DNA of 60,254 nucleotides from Polyangiales bacterium (GTDB lineage Bacteria; Myxococcota_A; Polyangia; Polyangiales; Houyiibacteriaceae): NCBI GenBank assembly GCA_045106895.1, contig JBGCFM010000061.1, positions 1 to 60,254 of the forward strand, read 5' to 3'. Shown piece by piece: positions 37,613 to 46,089 of this stretch (position 1 is its first letter; each line of letters starts with the position of its first letter). The notes under the pieces were generated by a model. It saw only the letters and a program-made list of their open reading frames with translations, ran no database searches and was not told where the DNA came from. The position numbers and the translations under genes were made by a program.

Positions 37613-38866
37613 ATGAGCGCTGCGATTCTCACCATTGGTACGGAACTAACCCGCGGAGAGCTCGTTGATTCCAATTCGGCTTGGCTCAGCGATCGGTTGA
37701 CCGCTCAAGGCATCGAGGTTCTGGAACACATCAGCGTTGACGATGACCCCGATCGCATCGCGGGCACACTCCAGCGGCTGTCCACGGTCCACTCCTGGGT
37801 CTTCGTCACGGGGGGCCTAGGACCGACGACGGACGACCTCAGTGCGCTCTCGGCAGCCCGCGCCATGGGCGTCGAGCTCTCTCGCCGGGCCGAACTCATC
37901 GCTCGCCTGGAGACCCTTTACTCCGCGCGTGGGCGTACCCTCACGGAGGTCAGCCGGAAGCAAGCGGACTTGCCCATCGGCGCTCGAGTGCTCGACAACC
38001 CCATCGGTACCGCCCCTGGTTTCAGCGTGATCCTTGGCGAATGCCTCTTCTTCTTCATGCCGGGCGTTCCTCGGGAGATGAAAGCGATCTTTCAGAACGT
38101 CCTCTCCGAGCTTCCGACGAAAGCGGGACGCACCCAAACGCATCTGCGTACGTACGGAATCCCTGAGTCTGAGCTTGGACAGCGCCTTCAGGACATCGAG
38201 TCGCTTATCCCCGGCGTGACTCTCGGCTATCGGGCGTCGTTTCCCGAGGTAGAGGTCAAGGTCCTGGCGGAGGCATCCACCGACACCGAAGCACAAGGCC
38301 TTGCGGCCCGCGCTTCTTCCCTGGTCTCAGAACGCCTTGGGTCCTTTATCTATGGTGGCCGCGCGGACAGCTTTGCCAGCGTGACCGGTGGGGTGCTCCA
38401 AAAGGCCGGGCTCACACTGGCTGTCGCGGAGTCGTGCACGGGCGGCGGCATCGCGTCTCTTTTGACCGACGTCCCTGGAAGCTCCTCCTTCTTTTTGCTT
38501 GGCGCGGTCACCTACGCGAACTCCGCCAAGAGCGATGTCCTCGACGTCGATCCAGCGCTCATCGAAGCGAATGGCGCAGTCAGCGAAGAGGTCGCCCTCG
38601 CCATGGCTAAAGGCGTGATGAAGCGAGCTGGCAGCGACCTTTCTATCTCTGTCACCGGAATCGCGGGGCCCGGGGGCGGGACCGAAGAAAAGCCGGTTGG
38701 CACTGTGTGGTTCGGCGCGTGCCGCGGCGAAGAACACCACACGATCTGTGTTCGATTCCATGGCGACCGATCCCGGGTTCGTCGAGGCGCCTCGTTCTTT
38801 GCCCTCAACGCACTCAAGAACATGGCTCAAGGCTATGATTCTAAAGAGTTTTTTGCTGTAGGCTGA
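37613..38866 (+). CDS. cinA: Competence/damage-inducible protein CinA (NMN deamidase domain)
   Basis: IGTEL..G..VDSN, TGGLGPT.DD, PGVPREM, AESCTGG, TGIAGPGGG..EKPVG; directly upstream of recA. Confidence 0.93.
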   Translation: MSAAILTIGTELTRGELVDSNSAWLSDRLTAQGIEVLEHISVDDDPDRIAGTLQRLSTVHSWVFVTGGLGPTTDDLSALSAARAMGVELSRRAELIARLETLYSARGRTLTEVSRKQADLPIGARVLDNPIGTAPGFSVILGECLFFFMPGVPREMKAIFQNVLSELPTKAGRTQTHLRTYGIPESELGQRLQDIESLIPGVTLGYRASFPEVEVKVLAEASTDTEAQGLAARASSLVSERLGSFIYGGRADSFASVTGGVLQKAGLTLAVAESCTGGGIASLLTDVPGSSSFFLLGAVTYANSAKSDVLDVDPALIEANGAVSEEVALAMAKGVMKRAGSDLSISVTGIAGPGGGTEEKPVGTVWFGACRGEEHHTICVRFHGDRSRVRRGASFFALNALKNMAQGYDSKEFFAVG

Positions 38867-38988
38867 CTTGCCGAAGGCAAACGCTCCGGGACTTTTTGCG
38901 ACACCTCATGCGATTTCTTCCGCGCAGTGTCACACCCCCTTGCGATGGTCTTTTTGCACTCGGTGCTTGCAGACCGAGGGGACAAAAA

Positions 38989-39005
38989 CTATACAAGCGT
39001 TCAGC
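38989..39005 (+). promoter_or_regulatory. Myxococcus-type LexA (SOS) box
   Basis: CTATACAAGCGTTCAGC matches the M. xanthus consensus CTRHAMRYBYGTTCAGS with one mismatch, about 55 nt upstream of recA. Confidence 0.75.
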
Positions 39006-39058
39006 TGCCCCGCGGCATATGTTCAGTAGCCGCCGCGGGAAGAAAGAGAGAAATACAG

Positions 39059-40201
39059 ATGGCTTCCGATTCCAACCGTGAAAAAGCACTCGCCCTCGCA
39101 CTGGGCTCCATTGAAAAAGCGTACGGCAAAGGCTCTATTATGAAGCTCGGCGAAGCCGGCGCTCGTGTGGAGACCGACATTATCCCAACAGGCACACCGT
39201 CCCTCGACCTCGCCCTCGGTGTGGGTGGGTATGCCCGCGGTCGTATCGTCGAAATCTACGGCCCTGAGTCCAGCGGCAAGACGACGCTCACGCTTCACGC
39301 CATCGCCGAAGCTCAAAAAGCCGGCGGTGTCGCCGCGTTCATCGACGCGGAGCACGCCCTCGACCCCACGTACGCACGAAAGCTCGGCGTCAACGTGGAC
39401 GAGCTCCTCGTCAGTCAGCCCGACCATGGTGAGCAGGCCCTCGAAATCGCCGACACGCTCGTTCGAAGTGGCGCCGTCGACATCATCGTCATCGACTCCG
39501 TCGCCGCGCTCGTGCCCAAGGCCGAGATCGAAGGCGAGATGGGCGACACACACGTGGGTCTCCAGGCACGTCTGATGAGCCAGGCCCTTCGTAAGCTCAC
39601 GGGTTCCGTCCAGAAGAGCAACACCACGCTCTTCTTCATCAACCAGATTCGCATGAAGATCGGTGTGATGTTCGGTAGCCCAGAGACGACCTCCGGCGGC
39701 AACGCGCTCAAGTTCTACGCTTCCCAGCGACTCGACATCCGACGCATCGGCACCATCAAAGTTGGCGACAAGGCCATCGGAAACCGTACGCGCGTCAAGA
39801 TCGTCAAGAACAAGCTGGCGCCTCCATTCCAGCTCTGCGAGTTCGACATCCTCTTCGGCCGCGGCATCAGCCGCAGCGGAGACGTCCTCGACCTCGCCGT
39901 CGCGGGGGGCATCGTGGACAAGGCCGGCGCTTGGTACAGCTACAACGGTGACCGCCTCGGCCAAGGGCGCGACAACACACGCAACTTCCTCGAGAAGAAC
40001 CTCGAACTCCTCTCGGAGATCGAGCACAAGATTCTCGCCAAGAACGGACTCCTTCGCGGAGAAGCAGCGAAGGCCGCTGCCGCAGCGGCCAAGAAGGGCG
40101 GCGACGCGAAAGCGAACGGTGCCGAGTCAAAGGCCGCACAGACGAAGGCAGAGTCGTCGAAGAGTGCCAAGGGCACAAAGGCGAAGCGCCCAAGGGCCTA
40201 A
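39059..40201 (+). CDS. recA: Recombinase A
   Basis: [38 protein letters not shown]; Ala/Lys-rich tail. Confidence 0.99.
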   Translation: MASDSNREKALALALGSIEKAYGKGSIMKLGEAGARVETDIIPTGTPSLDLALGVGGYARGRIVEIYGPESSGKTTLTLHAIAEAQKAGGVAAFIDAEHALDPTYARKLGVNVDELLVSQPDHGEQALEIADTLVRSGAVDIIVIDSVAALVPKAEIEGEMGDTHVGLQARLMSQALRKLTGSVQKSNTTLFFINQIRMKIGVMFGSPETTSGGNALKFYASQRLDIRRIGTIKVGDKAIGNRTRVKIVKNKLAPPFQLCEFDILFGRGISRSGDVLDLAVAGGIVDKAGAWYSYNGDRLGQGRDNTRNFLEKNLELLSEIEHKILAKNGLLRGEAAKAAAAAAKKGGDAKANGAESKAAQTKAESSKSAKGTKAKRPRA

Positions 40202-40373
40202 GTCCATCGCTTCGCGGATAACAACCTCGAAGTAGCCAACGAAAAGTTCCGGGTGTTGTTCTGCCAGATCCTTCGATGGGGGATGGCACGACGTCCGAGG
40301 TGTGGGTCCGCCCACACAAAAAACCTCAAGTTCGATCGAAAGAGGGGCGCCTTCGCCCGGAACACGAACTTCG

Positions 40374-40413
40374 CGCCCGGGGCGAACGGTAGCCCGCCCC
40401 GGGCGTTTGTTTT
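40374..40413 (+). terminator. Intrinsic terminator downstream of recA
   Basis: Perfect 11-bp stem CGCCCGGGGCG/CGCCCCGGGCG followed by TTTGTTTT. Confidence 0.8.
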
Positions 40414-40471
40414 CGTCTAGGGCGCAGCGCCGTCGTGGCTCTTCCTGGGAATATCGGGTAGAGCCGACTTC

Positions 40472-41410
40472 ATGCATCGACTCCTCATGAGCGCACCTTG
40501 GTTGCTCGCGTTGGCGATTGCGGGTGGCTGTGGCGCTTCCTCGGAACGCGTTGTGGTCGAAGTGGAAGCGCCGCTCGAACTGCTTTCGGTCGTGCCCCCC
40601 AATCCATCGTTGCTCGTTCACGTACGCCCTGACGAGCTCATGGCGTCGCCCGTCTTGGGGCCCATCGCGCGGGAGTTCATCGGAGCAGAGGACCTAGAGC
40701 GCATCGAGCTCCGATTTGGCCTTCGGCCGAACGAGGTCGAGGAGCTTGTCTTCGCCGAGTACGAGGATGAGTTCGTGGTGATCGCACGGACCACGCGAGA
40801 GGTGCGCCCGATCGCTGAAGCCATCGCGTCGCGGATGAACACCGTCGAGCTTGAGAGCGATGAGCCTCTTTTTCGTCGAGGCGGGTTTGTCGGAACTCAG
40901 CGGCGGGAACTCGCTGTGCTTCGTAACGATATTATTGCCTATGGAACTATGGCAGCGTCGATGGCCGGCGTCGTCGAGCGCGCGCAGCGAAACATGACCA
41001 GCGTCGCCAGCGCCCAAACAGAGTGGCTCGACACGTCCGCGCCCCTCGCGTTCTACAAGTTTGAGCCCCTCGGATTTCCCATCGACACCCCCATTGGAAT
41101 GCTCTTCGCGCAACAACGAAGAGCCCGCGCCACCTTCGCCGAGTCGACCGACGCCGTCGGGCTAAGCCTCACCTTCGACGGGGAGTTTCCACCGGACGCC
41201 GACAGCAACCTGCGCGCCTTGGTGGCGGCCATCGCCCAGAGCGACCTCGGACGCCTCATCGGTCTCGACCAGGCGTTCTCGTCGCTTGAAGTCTCCCAAA
41301 CACAGGGTGCACTTGCGCTGGACGCCGACTGGCCGGCGGATCCACTACGCAGCGGATTGCGTCGCGCGTTAGCACCGAACATGGAGGTATTGCTCGGAGA
41401 AGAGCCCTAA
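40472..41410 (+). CDS. Hypothetical lipoprotein
   Basis: Lipobox AGG-C; host-like codon usage. Confidence 0.7.
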   Translation: MHRLLMSAPWLLALAIAGGCGASSERVVVEVEAPLELLSVVPPNPSLLVHVRPDELMASPVLGPIAREFIGAEDLERIELRFGLRPNEVEELVFAEYEDEFVVIARTTREVRPIAEAIASRMNTVELESDEPLFRRGGFVGTQRRELAVLRNDIIAYGTMAASMAGVVERAQRNMTSVASAQTEWLDTSAPLAFYKFEPLGFPIDTPIGMLFAQQRRARATFAESTDAVGLSLTFDGEFPPDADSNLRALVAAIAQSDLGRLIGLDQAFSSLEVSQTQGALALDADWPADPLRSGLRRALAPNMEVLLGEEP

Positions 41411-41554
41411 AAAGCCCGGCAAAAGCCCTAGAGCGGGGAAGAAACGACGCTGATCTGGAAAAGACGTTCTTTTGGGTCGCGTCAGGGTCCGTTCTGCGCC
41501 ACATAACCGACGCGCCAAAACCGGCGCTATGGCTTGCTTTCGAGGATTTTCCGC

Positions 41555-42046
41555 ATGAAGTTCAACATCGGCGACATGGCAGTGCACCCCGCGCGAGGCG
41601 TGGGCGAGGTCATTCGCATTGAAGAGAAGAACATCGGCGGCAACAAGGCCGAGTTCTACATTCTGCAGATCGTTGGCACCTCGATGACGATGATGGTCCC
41701 CGTCAATGGCGTGGAGCGCGCAGGAATGCGCAACGTCATTGGAAAGCGTGAAGCCGGCAAGGTGATGACGGAGCTCAAGAAGGACGAGGTCGCCGTGACC
41801 TCGCAGCCTTGGAACCGTCGTCTTCGTGAATACACCGAGAAGCTGCAGAGCGGCTCGCCCATTGAAGTGGCGCGGGTGCTTCGTGACATCTCGCGTCTTC
41901 GCGACGAAAAAGAGCTCAGCTTCGGCGAACGCGGTCTCCTCGAGAAGGCCCGCGATCTTTTGGTCAACGAGCTCGCCCTCGCCAAAGACAAGCCACGCGA
42001 GAAGGTCCTTGAAGACTTCGCGAAGGCTCTCGGCGCGCCTGTCTAA
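41555..42046 (+). CDS. CarD/CdnL family RNA polymerase-binding regulator
   Basis: FNIGD.AVHP..GVG, WNRR.REY.EKL.SG, KELSFGER; no AT-hook tail, so CdnL-type. Confidence 0.92.
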   Translation: MKFNIGDMAVHPARGVGEVIRIEEKNIGGNKAEFYILQIVGTSMTMMVPVNGVERAGMRNVIGKREAGKVMTELKKDEVAVTSQPWNRRLREYTEKLQSGSPIEVARVLRDISRLRDEKELSFGERGLLEKARDLLVNELALAKDKPREKVLEDFAKALGAPV

Positions 42047-42119
42047 ACCTCGTCTGAGTTTCTAGCTCGTCCGAATACTAGGCGGCGTCGACGACGCTGA
42101 TCATTTTGTCCCTCGGCTC

Positions 42120-42146
42120 ACGCAACCGCGCGTGGGGAACGTCGAG
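42120..42146 (+). promoter_or_regulatory. Candidate ECF-sigma-type promoter, copy 1
   Basis: ACGCAACCGC-N13-CGAG, repeated with identical spacing at 42695..42721. Confidence 0.5.
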
Positions 42147-42175
42147 TAGCGCCCTGTCACTCACAGGAAGCGCTC

Positions 42176-42388
42176 ATGACCCACCCACTGCCCCGCAGCC
42201 CACGCAATCTCGCCGACGCCGACCTCGTCGCGGACCTCCAGCGCGACCTCGGCGCCGACACACTCTTCTTCATCTGCGTCATCGAGGCCGCCATTGGCGT
42301 GCAGACCGATGCCGAGATTGGCGAGGGCAACTCCGAGCGAGTTGAAATCGCGCAACTCGATATGGGCTGTCTCGACGAGGCCGCGTGA
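42176..42388 (+). CDS. Small acidic hypothetical protein
   Basis: 70 aa; AGGA RBS; GTGA overlap with the next ORF. Confidence 0.6.
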   Translation: MTHPLPRSPRNLADADLVADLQRDLGADTLFFICVIEAAIGVQTDAEIGEGNSERVEIAQLDMGCLDEAA

Positions 42389-42690
42389 AACCAACTTCAC
42401 CCACCACGGAGAGCCCAATGATGACCGACCAAGAACACACGCTGTCTCTGCGTAAGCGCCTCGAGGAGACCAAGCTCGAACTCAAGGCTCAGGACAGCAT
42501 CCTTGAAGACCTCGAGGCACTCATCGGCCGCAAGGCCCACGGCACAGTCGCGCCGGCCCAAATGCGCGCCGCCGAAGCTGCCTTTGACAAGGCCATCGAC
42601 GAGGCCGTCGATGGCGCGCCGCCCGCGGCGCTTCGCACGGCGGCCTCTCGTGAAGAGCTGCTCATTCCTTCCTTCGCGCTCTTTGTCTGA
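42385..42690 (+). CDS. Small coiled-coil hypothetical protein
   Basis: LRKRLEETKLELKAQDSILEDLEAL heptads; start may be the ATG at 42418 or 42421. Confidence 0.65.
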   Translation: MKPTSPTTESPMMTDQEHTLSLRKRLEETKLELKAQDSILEDLEALIGRKAHGTVAPAQMRAAEAAFDKAIDEAVDGAPPAALRTAASREELLIPSFALFV

Positions 42691-42694
42691 GCGT

Positions 42695-42721
42695 ACGCAA
42701 CCGCCGCGGTGACGCGCCGAG
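42695..42721 (+). promoter_or_regulatory. Candidate ECF-sigma-type promoter, copy 2
   Basis: ACGCAACCGC-N13-CGAG, 54 nt upstream of the filament-like gene. Confidence 0.5.
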
Positions 42722-42775
42722 ACTCCGCCACATCATTCACTTCTACCCGTTCCCCACTTCAACAACGAGAAATCA

Positions 42776-43504
42776 ATGACCGCAATCACACCTGCTTCGA
42801 ACCAATACGCCGGCGCTCTTTCCGGTGGCATCGCCGCCCTCACTCCCGGTTCCATCATGCTTCTCCTTCGCCGACGCATGAGCGACATGGACGGACAGAT
42901 CGACTCCATCATGGGCGAGATTGAATCCAACACTGCGCAGTCGGAGAAGATTCAGGAGCAGGTGGAAGCGATGACAGCCATCAAGGCGGCCATGGCGAAC
43001 CAGCAGCCTGAAGGGGATGACCCAGTCGCGCTCGGTAACATTGATGTCACGTGGAAGGGCGAGGATATGTCCGCCGCGGATCTTCTCAATCGAATGGGAA
43101 TCGACATCGAGCGTGAGCGAGCCGAGGGCAACCCGTCGCAAGCGGTGCTGCAGGAGCGACTTGAGGGGGTCGACGAGGCCATCGCGGCCATCGAAGCGCT
43201 CGAGGAGGGAAATGTTTGGAGGACACAACTTCCTGATCTTCGCGCCGAGCGCGCCGGCCTCGTTCGTCACCACGCGCATGCCGGCAATGCCTACCAGTCG
43301 GACACGGTCACCGGCACCAGTCTCTCCGCCTCCATCGACCGGATGCAGTCCGAGGGACGTCGCATGAACTCCGGAAACGAAGTGCTCATGGTGCGTATGC
43401 AGTCCGCCATGCAGCAGCGTTCTCAGTCCGTGACCATGGCGACGCAGATGCTGAAGAGCATCAACGACTCGTCGAACTCCATCGCCCAGAACATCGGTCG
43501 CTGA
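42776..43504 (+). CDS. T3SS filament/tip protein-like (EspA/SseB/Bsp22 type)
   Basis: No signal peptide; N-terminal coiled coil; C-terminus NSGNEVLMVRMQSAMQQRSQSVTMATQMLKSINDSSNSIAQNIGR follows the EspA/Bsp22 terminal helix pattern. Confidence 0.65.
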   Translation: MTAITPASNQYAGALSGGIAALTPGSIMLLLRRRMSDMDGQIDSIMGEIESNTAQSEKIQEQVEAMTAIKAAMANQQPEGDDPVALGNIDVTWKGEDMSAADLLNRMGIDIERERAEGNPSQAVLQERLEGVDEAIAAIEALEEGNVWRTQLPDLRAERAGLVRHHAHAGNAYQSDTVTGTSLSASIDRMQSEGRRMNSGNEVLMVRMQSAMQQRSQSVTMATQMLKSINDSSNSIAQNIGR

Positions 43505-43505
43505 C

Positions 43506-43769
43506 ATGGATAGCGCGCAAGCTGCGGCGTCCTGGAAGGCCGGGACTCTCCGACAAGACGAACTCCGTGCGATGGCCGAGCCGCTTCTGCAGCTAGCGCG
43601 CCAGAACCTGAAAGCGCGACGCCTCGAAGCCGCGTCGGACTATCTCGAACTGCATTCCCTTGCGGACCCAACTTCTTCGGCGGCGATGAAGACACGCGCA
43701 GCCCTCGCGAGGGCTCGCGGACAGGTCGCCAAGGCGAACGCCTACGAAAAGATGGCGTCATGGGTGTAG
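43506..43769 (+). CDS. Short TPR protein, class II T3SS chaperone-like (SycD/LcrH)
   Basis: LLQLARQNLKARRLEAASDYLELHSLADP..AMKTRAAL...GQVAKANAYEKMA = about two TPRs; sits directly before the SctE-like gene. Confidence 0.55.
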   Translation: MDSAQAAASWKAGTLRQDELRAMAEPLLQLARQNLKARRLEAASDYLELHSLADPTSSAAMKTRAALARARGQVAKANAYEKMASWV

Positions 43770-44677
43770 AGGCCGCGACGAGAGCATCGGCATCGCCGCG
43801 GACGCCAACAGCGTCCGACACCGTGTCCAGCGAGCCAATCGCGCAGAGCACGCAGATGCTCGCACCCTCTGGGCAAAGCAGTCTGGGTCAGTCCGCGCCG
43901 CTCAGTCGGCAAGACACCCACCAGATCACCACCATCGCGGTCCTCTTGGCGGGCGTCACAGATCCAATGGCCATTCTCGCCGGCCTTCAAGGCGCGGTCC
44001 GAGACAGCGGCTCCGAAGCCAGCGCCACCGACGCACAAGCGAACGGAGTTCGACAAGAAGCCGCCGACGCCGCCAGGGCCCACAGCATGGAGCAAGCCGT
44101 CGCCGCCGCGGAGAAGGCCATGTCGGGAATGCCGAAGTGGTTGCAGAAGACCATTGGCGCGGTTCTCGCCGTCGTTGGAGCGGTCGCGTCGGTCGTGACG
44201 GGAGGCGCCTCCATTGCCCTTACGGTAGTCGGCGCGATTCTTCTGACCGCCGGCAGCGTCTGCGAGTTTTTGGCGGACAAGGGAATCGGCGGCGAAGCGA
44301 TGCAGTACGTCGCGATGGGTCTCAAGCTCGTCGGGTCCATCGTGATGTCCTGCGGCGCGAGCGCAGGCACGGCGGCCGCTGGCACCGCTGCAAAGGTCGC
44401 GGCGATCGCCGCAGACGTCGTCAAGTACACCTCTGCATCGGTCAGTAGCGTCAACGCTGCGATCAACGCGCAGGGCGCGGTTCGGAACTTTCAGGCAACG
44501 AACTTTCGCCTCGACGCAGAAGGGCATGCCCTCGCCAGCGAAGAGGTGAGCGCCGAGATGGAGCAAGCCACCGAGCATCTCGTCGCAACCATCGAAACTC
44601 ACTCGCGCGCCATGCGCCGGATTCACTCGCTTGTAGAGCTCACCGGGCAAACGCGAGCAGCAGTTCATTTCGCCTAA
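43760..44677 (+). CDS. T3SS major translocator-like (SctE; YopB/IpaB/SseC family)
   Basis: Ser/Thr-rich disordered N-terminus; AAEKA...KWLQKTIGAVLAVVGAVASVVTGGASIAL hydrophobic hairpin; second hydrophobic stretch; C-terminal coiled coil. Confidence 0.75.
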   Translation: MGVEAATRASASPRTPTASDTVSSEPIAQSTQMLAPSGQSSLGQSAPLSRQDTHQITTIAVLLAGVTDPMAILAGLQGAVRDSGSEASATDAQANGVRQEAADAARAHSMEQAVAAAEKAMSGMPKWLQKTIGAVLAVVGAVASVVTGGASIALTVVGAILLTAGSVCEFLADKGIGGEAMQYVAMGLKLVGSIVMSCGASAGTAAAGTAAKVAAIAADVVKYTSASVSSVNAAINAQGAVRNFQATNFRLDAEGHALASEEVSAEMEQATEHLVATIETHSRAMRRIHSLVELTGQTRAAVHFA

Positions 44678-44712
44678 GCCTCTCCTCCAGCAACCAATCG
44701 AACGGAACAATT

Positions 44713-45273
44713 ATGGAACCTATTTCAAGTAGCCGCAGCGCGGGGATCTCCGCCGAATCAAGCACCACCGAACGCCTCGACCAAATTCGAATGGGGGCCG
44801 GGAGCTCCCCCGAAGAAATGCTCGCCCTTGCATCTCTCGACGTGGAGGAAGCCGCGGACCGCTCGCGACAGACAAGGCGTTTGGACCGCCAAGCGAGTGG
44901 CGTACTTCAACGTGGCGCGATTGAGGAGAGACGAGATGCGGCCAAGTGGCAACTCGGATCGCAAGTGTTCTCGGCAGCGGCCTCGGTGGCGACCTCTGCT
45001 GCGGAGATGCCGAAATCCAAGGGAATGCAGACCCTCAACAAGAGCCTTGGGGCACTCGGTGATGCCGTGGGCGCTGGCCTGGGATATCGAGCCACACAGC
45101 TCAACCAAGACGCCGCGACGCTCGATCTTCACGCCGACGAGGCGCAGCAGCGTGCGGGTGACTCCGGCGAGCATGCCGACGCCCTGGACCAGCACCAAGG
45201 CAAACTCATGCAGGCCACCGAGAGCATCGCCCGCCTCAGGCACGACGCCATGATGGCTTCCATTCGAGGCTGA
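44713..45273 (+). CDS. T3SS minor translocator-like (SctB; YopD/SseD/EspB type)
   Basis: IEERRDAAKWQLGSQVFSAAAS...LGALGDAVGAGLGY, coiled coil, amphipathic C-terminal helix; follows the SctE-like gene. Confidence 0.65.
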   Translation: MEPISSSRSAGISAESSTTERLDQIRMGAGSSPEEMLALASLDVEEAADRSRQTRRLDRQASGVLQRGAIEERRDAAKWQLGSQVFSAAASVATSAAEMPKSKGMQTLNKSLGALGDAVGAGLGYRATQLNQDAATLDLHADEAQQRAGDSGEHADALDQHQGKLMQATESIARLRHDAMMASIRG

Positions 45274-45421
45274 CCCACTTTCGCGACGGCTCTAGGGGTA
45301 GGGCCGTCGCGTCTCTCCGAGAGGGGCAATCGGAGCGCGCGTCGGGGGCGACGCGGGCTTCCTTCGGTGACCCAGCCTTCGGCGACCGCTGGAGGCTGGG
45401 ACATCGTCGTTAAGGGAGACT

Positions 45422-46087
45422 ATGCTCCTGCGCGTGAATGAACTCGACGATCTGAAGTACGACGCACAGGGGCTTGTCACGGTGGTGGCGCAGGACGCAG
45501 CGAGCGGGACGATACGAATGCTCGCGCACGCGACGCGCGAGGCCGTGGAGGCGACGCTGGCGACTCGCAAAGCGACGTTCTTTTCTCGCTCCCGGCAGTC
45601 GCTTTGGGTGAAAGGCGAGTCGAGCGGCAACACGATGCATGTGCGCGAGGTCTGGGCAGACTGCGATGGTGATGCGCTTGTGTACTTGGTCGACCCGGCG
45701 GGGCCGTCTTGCCACACCGGCGAAGAAACGTGTTTCTTTCGCCGCTTGCCGAGCGGCGCCGAGGGCAGGGCGCGGAGTGCGTTGCCGATGCTTGAGGCGG
45801 AGCTGAGGGCGCGCAAAGAGAGCGGCGGCGAGCGTAGCTACACGCGCAAGCTCTTGGCCGGCGGCGCCGAGCTGATCGGTGCGAAGGTCCGCGAAGAGGC
45901 CGACGAGTTCGCGACCGCCGTGGACGACGAGAGCGACGAGCGAGTCGTCAGCGAAGCCGCCGACGTGATGTACCACCTGATGGTCGGACTTCTCTCTCGC
46001 GGCGTCGCGTTTCACCAGGTTGAACGCGAGCTGCTCTCACGTTTCGGTACGTCCGGCATCGACGAAAAAGAGAGTCGTACGAAGTAG
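45422..46087 (+). CDS. hisIE: Bifunctional phosphoribosyl-AMP cyclohydrolase / phosphoribosyl-ATP pyrophosphatase
   Basis: SRSR..LW.KGESSGN, DCDGD, CHTG..TCF, SYT..L, KVREEA.E, EAADVMYH. Confidence 0.96.
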   Translation: MLLRVNELDDLKYDAQGLVTVVAQDAASGTIRMLAHATREAVEATLATRKATFFSRSRQSLWVKGESSGNTMHVREVWADCDGDALVYLVDPAGPSCHTGEETCFFRRLPSGAEGRARSALPMLEAELRARKESGGERSYTRKLLAGGAELIGAKVREEADEFATAVDDESDERVVSEAADVMYHLMVGLLSRGVAFHQVERELLSRFGTSGIDEKESRTK

Positions 46088-46089
46088 AG

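Noticed and set aside
40228..40373. 6S RNA, Pxr sRNA or a known riboswitch
   Set aside because: Branched rather than rod-like, shorter than typical 6S, and no recognisable family consensus; kept only as an unassigned structured RNA candidate
42136..42163. HrpL-type hrp box (GGAAC-N16-TCACTCA)
   Set aside because: Imperfect, single copy and too close to the start codon; the duplicated GCAACC-N15-CGAG motif is better supported
42776..43504. Flagellin or FlgL
   Set aside because: Lacks the flagellin N-terminal consensus; context next to SctE/SctB-like genes favours a T3SS filament/tip protein
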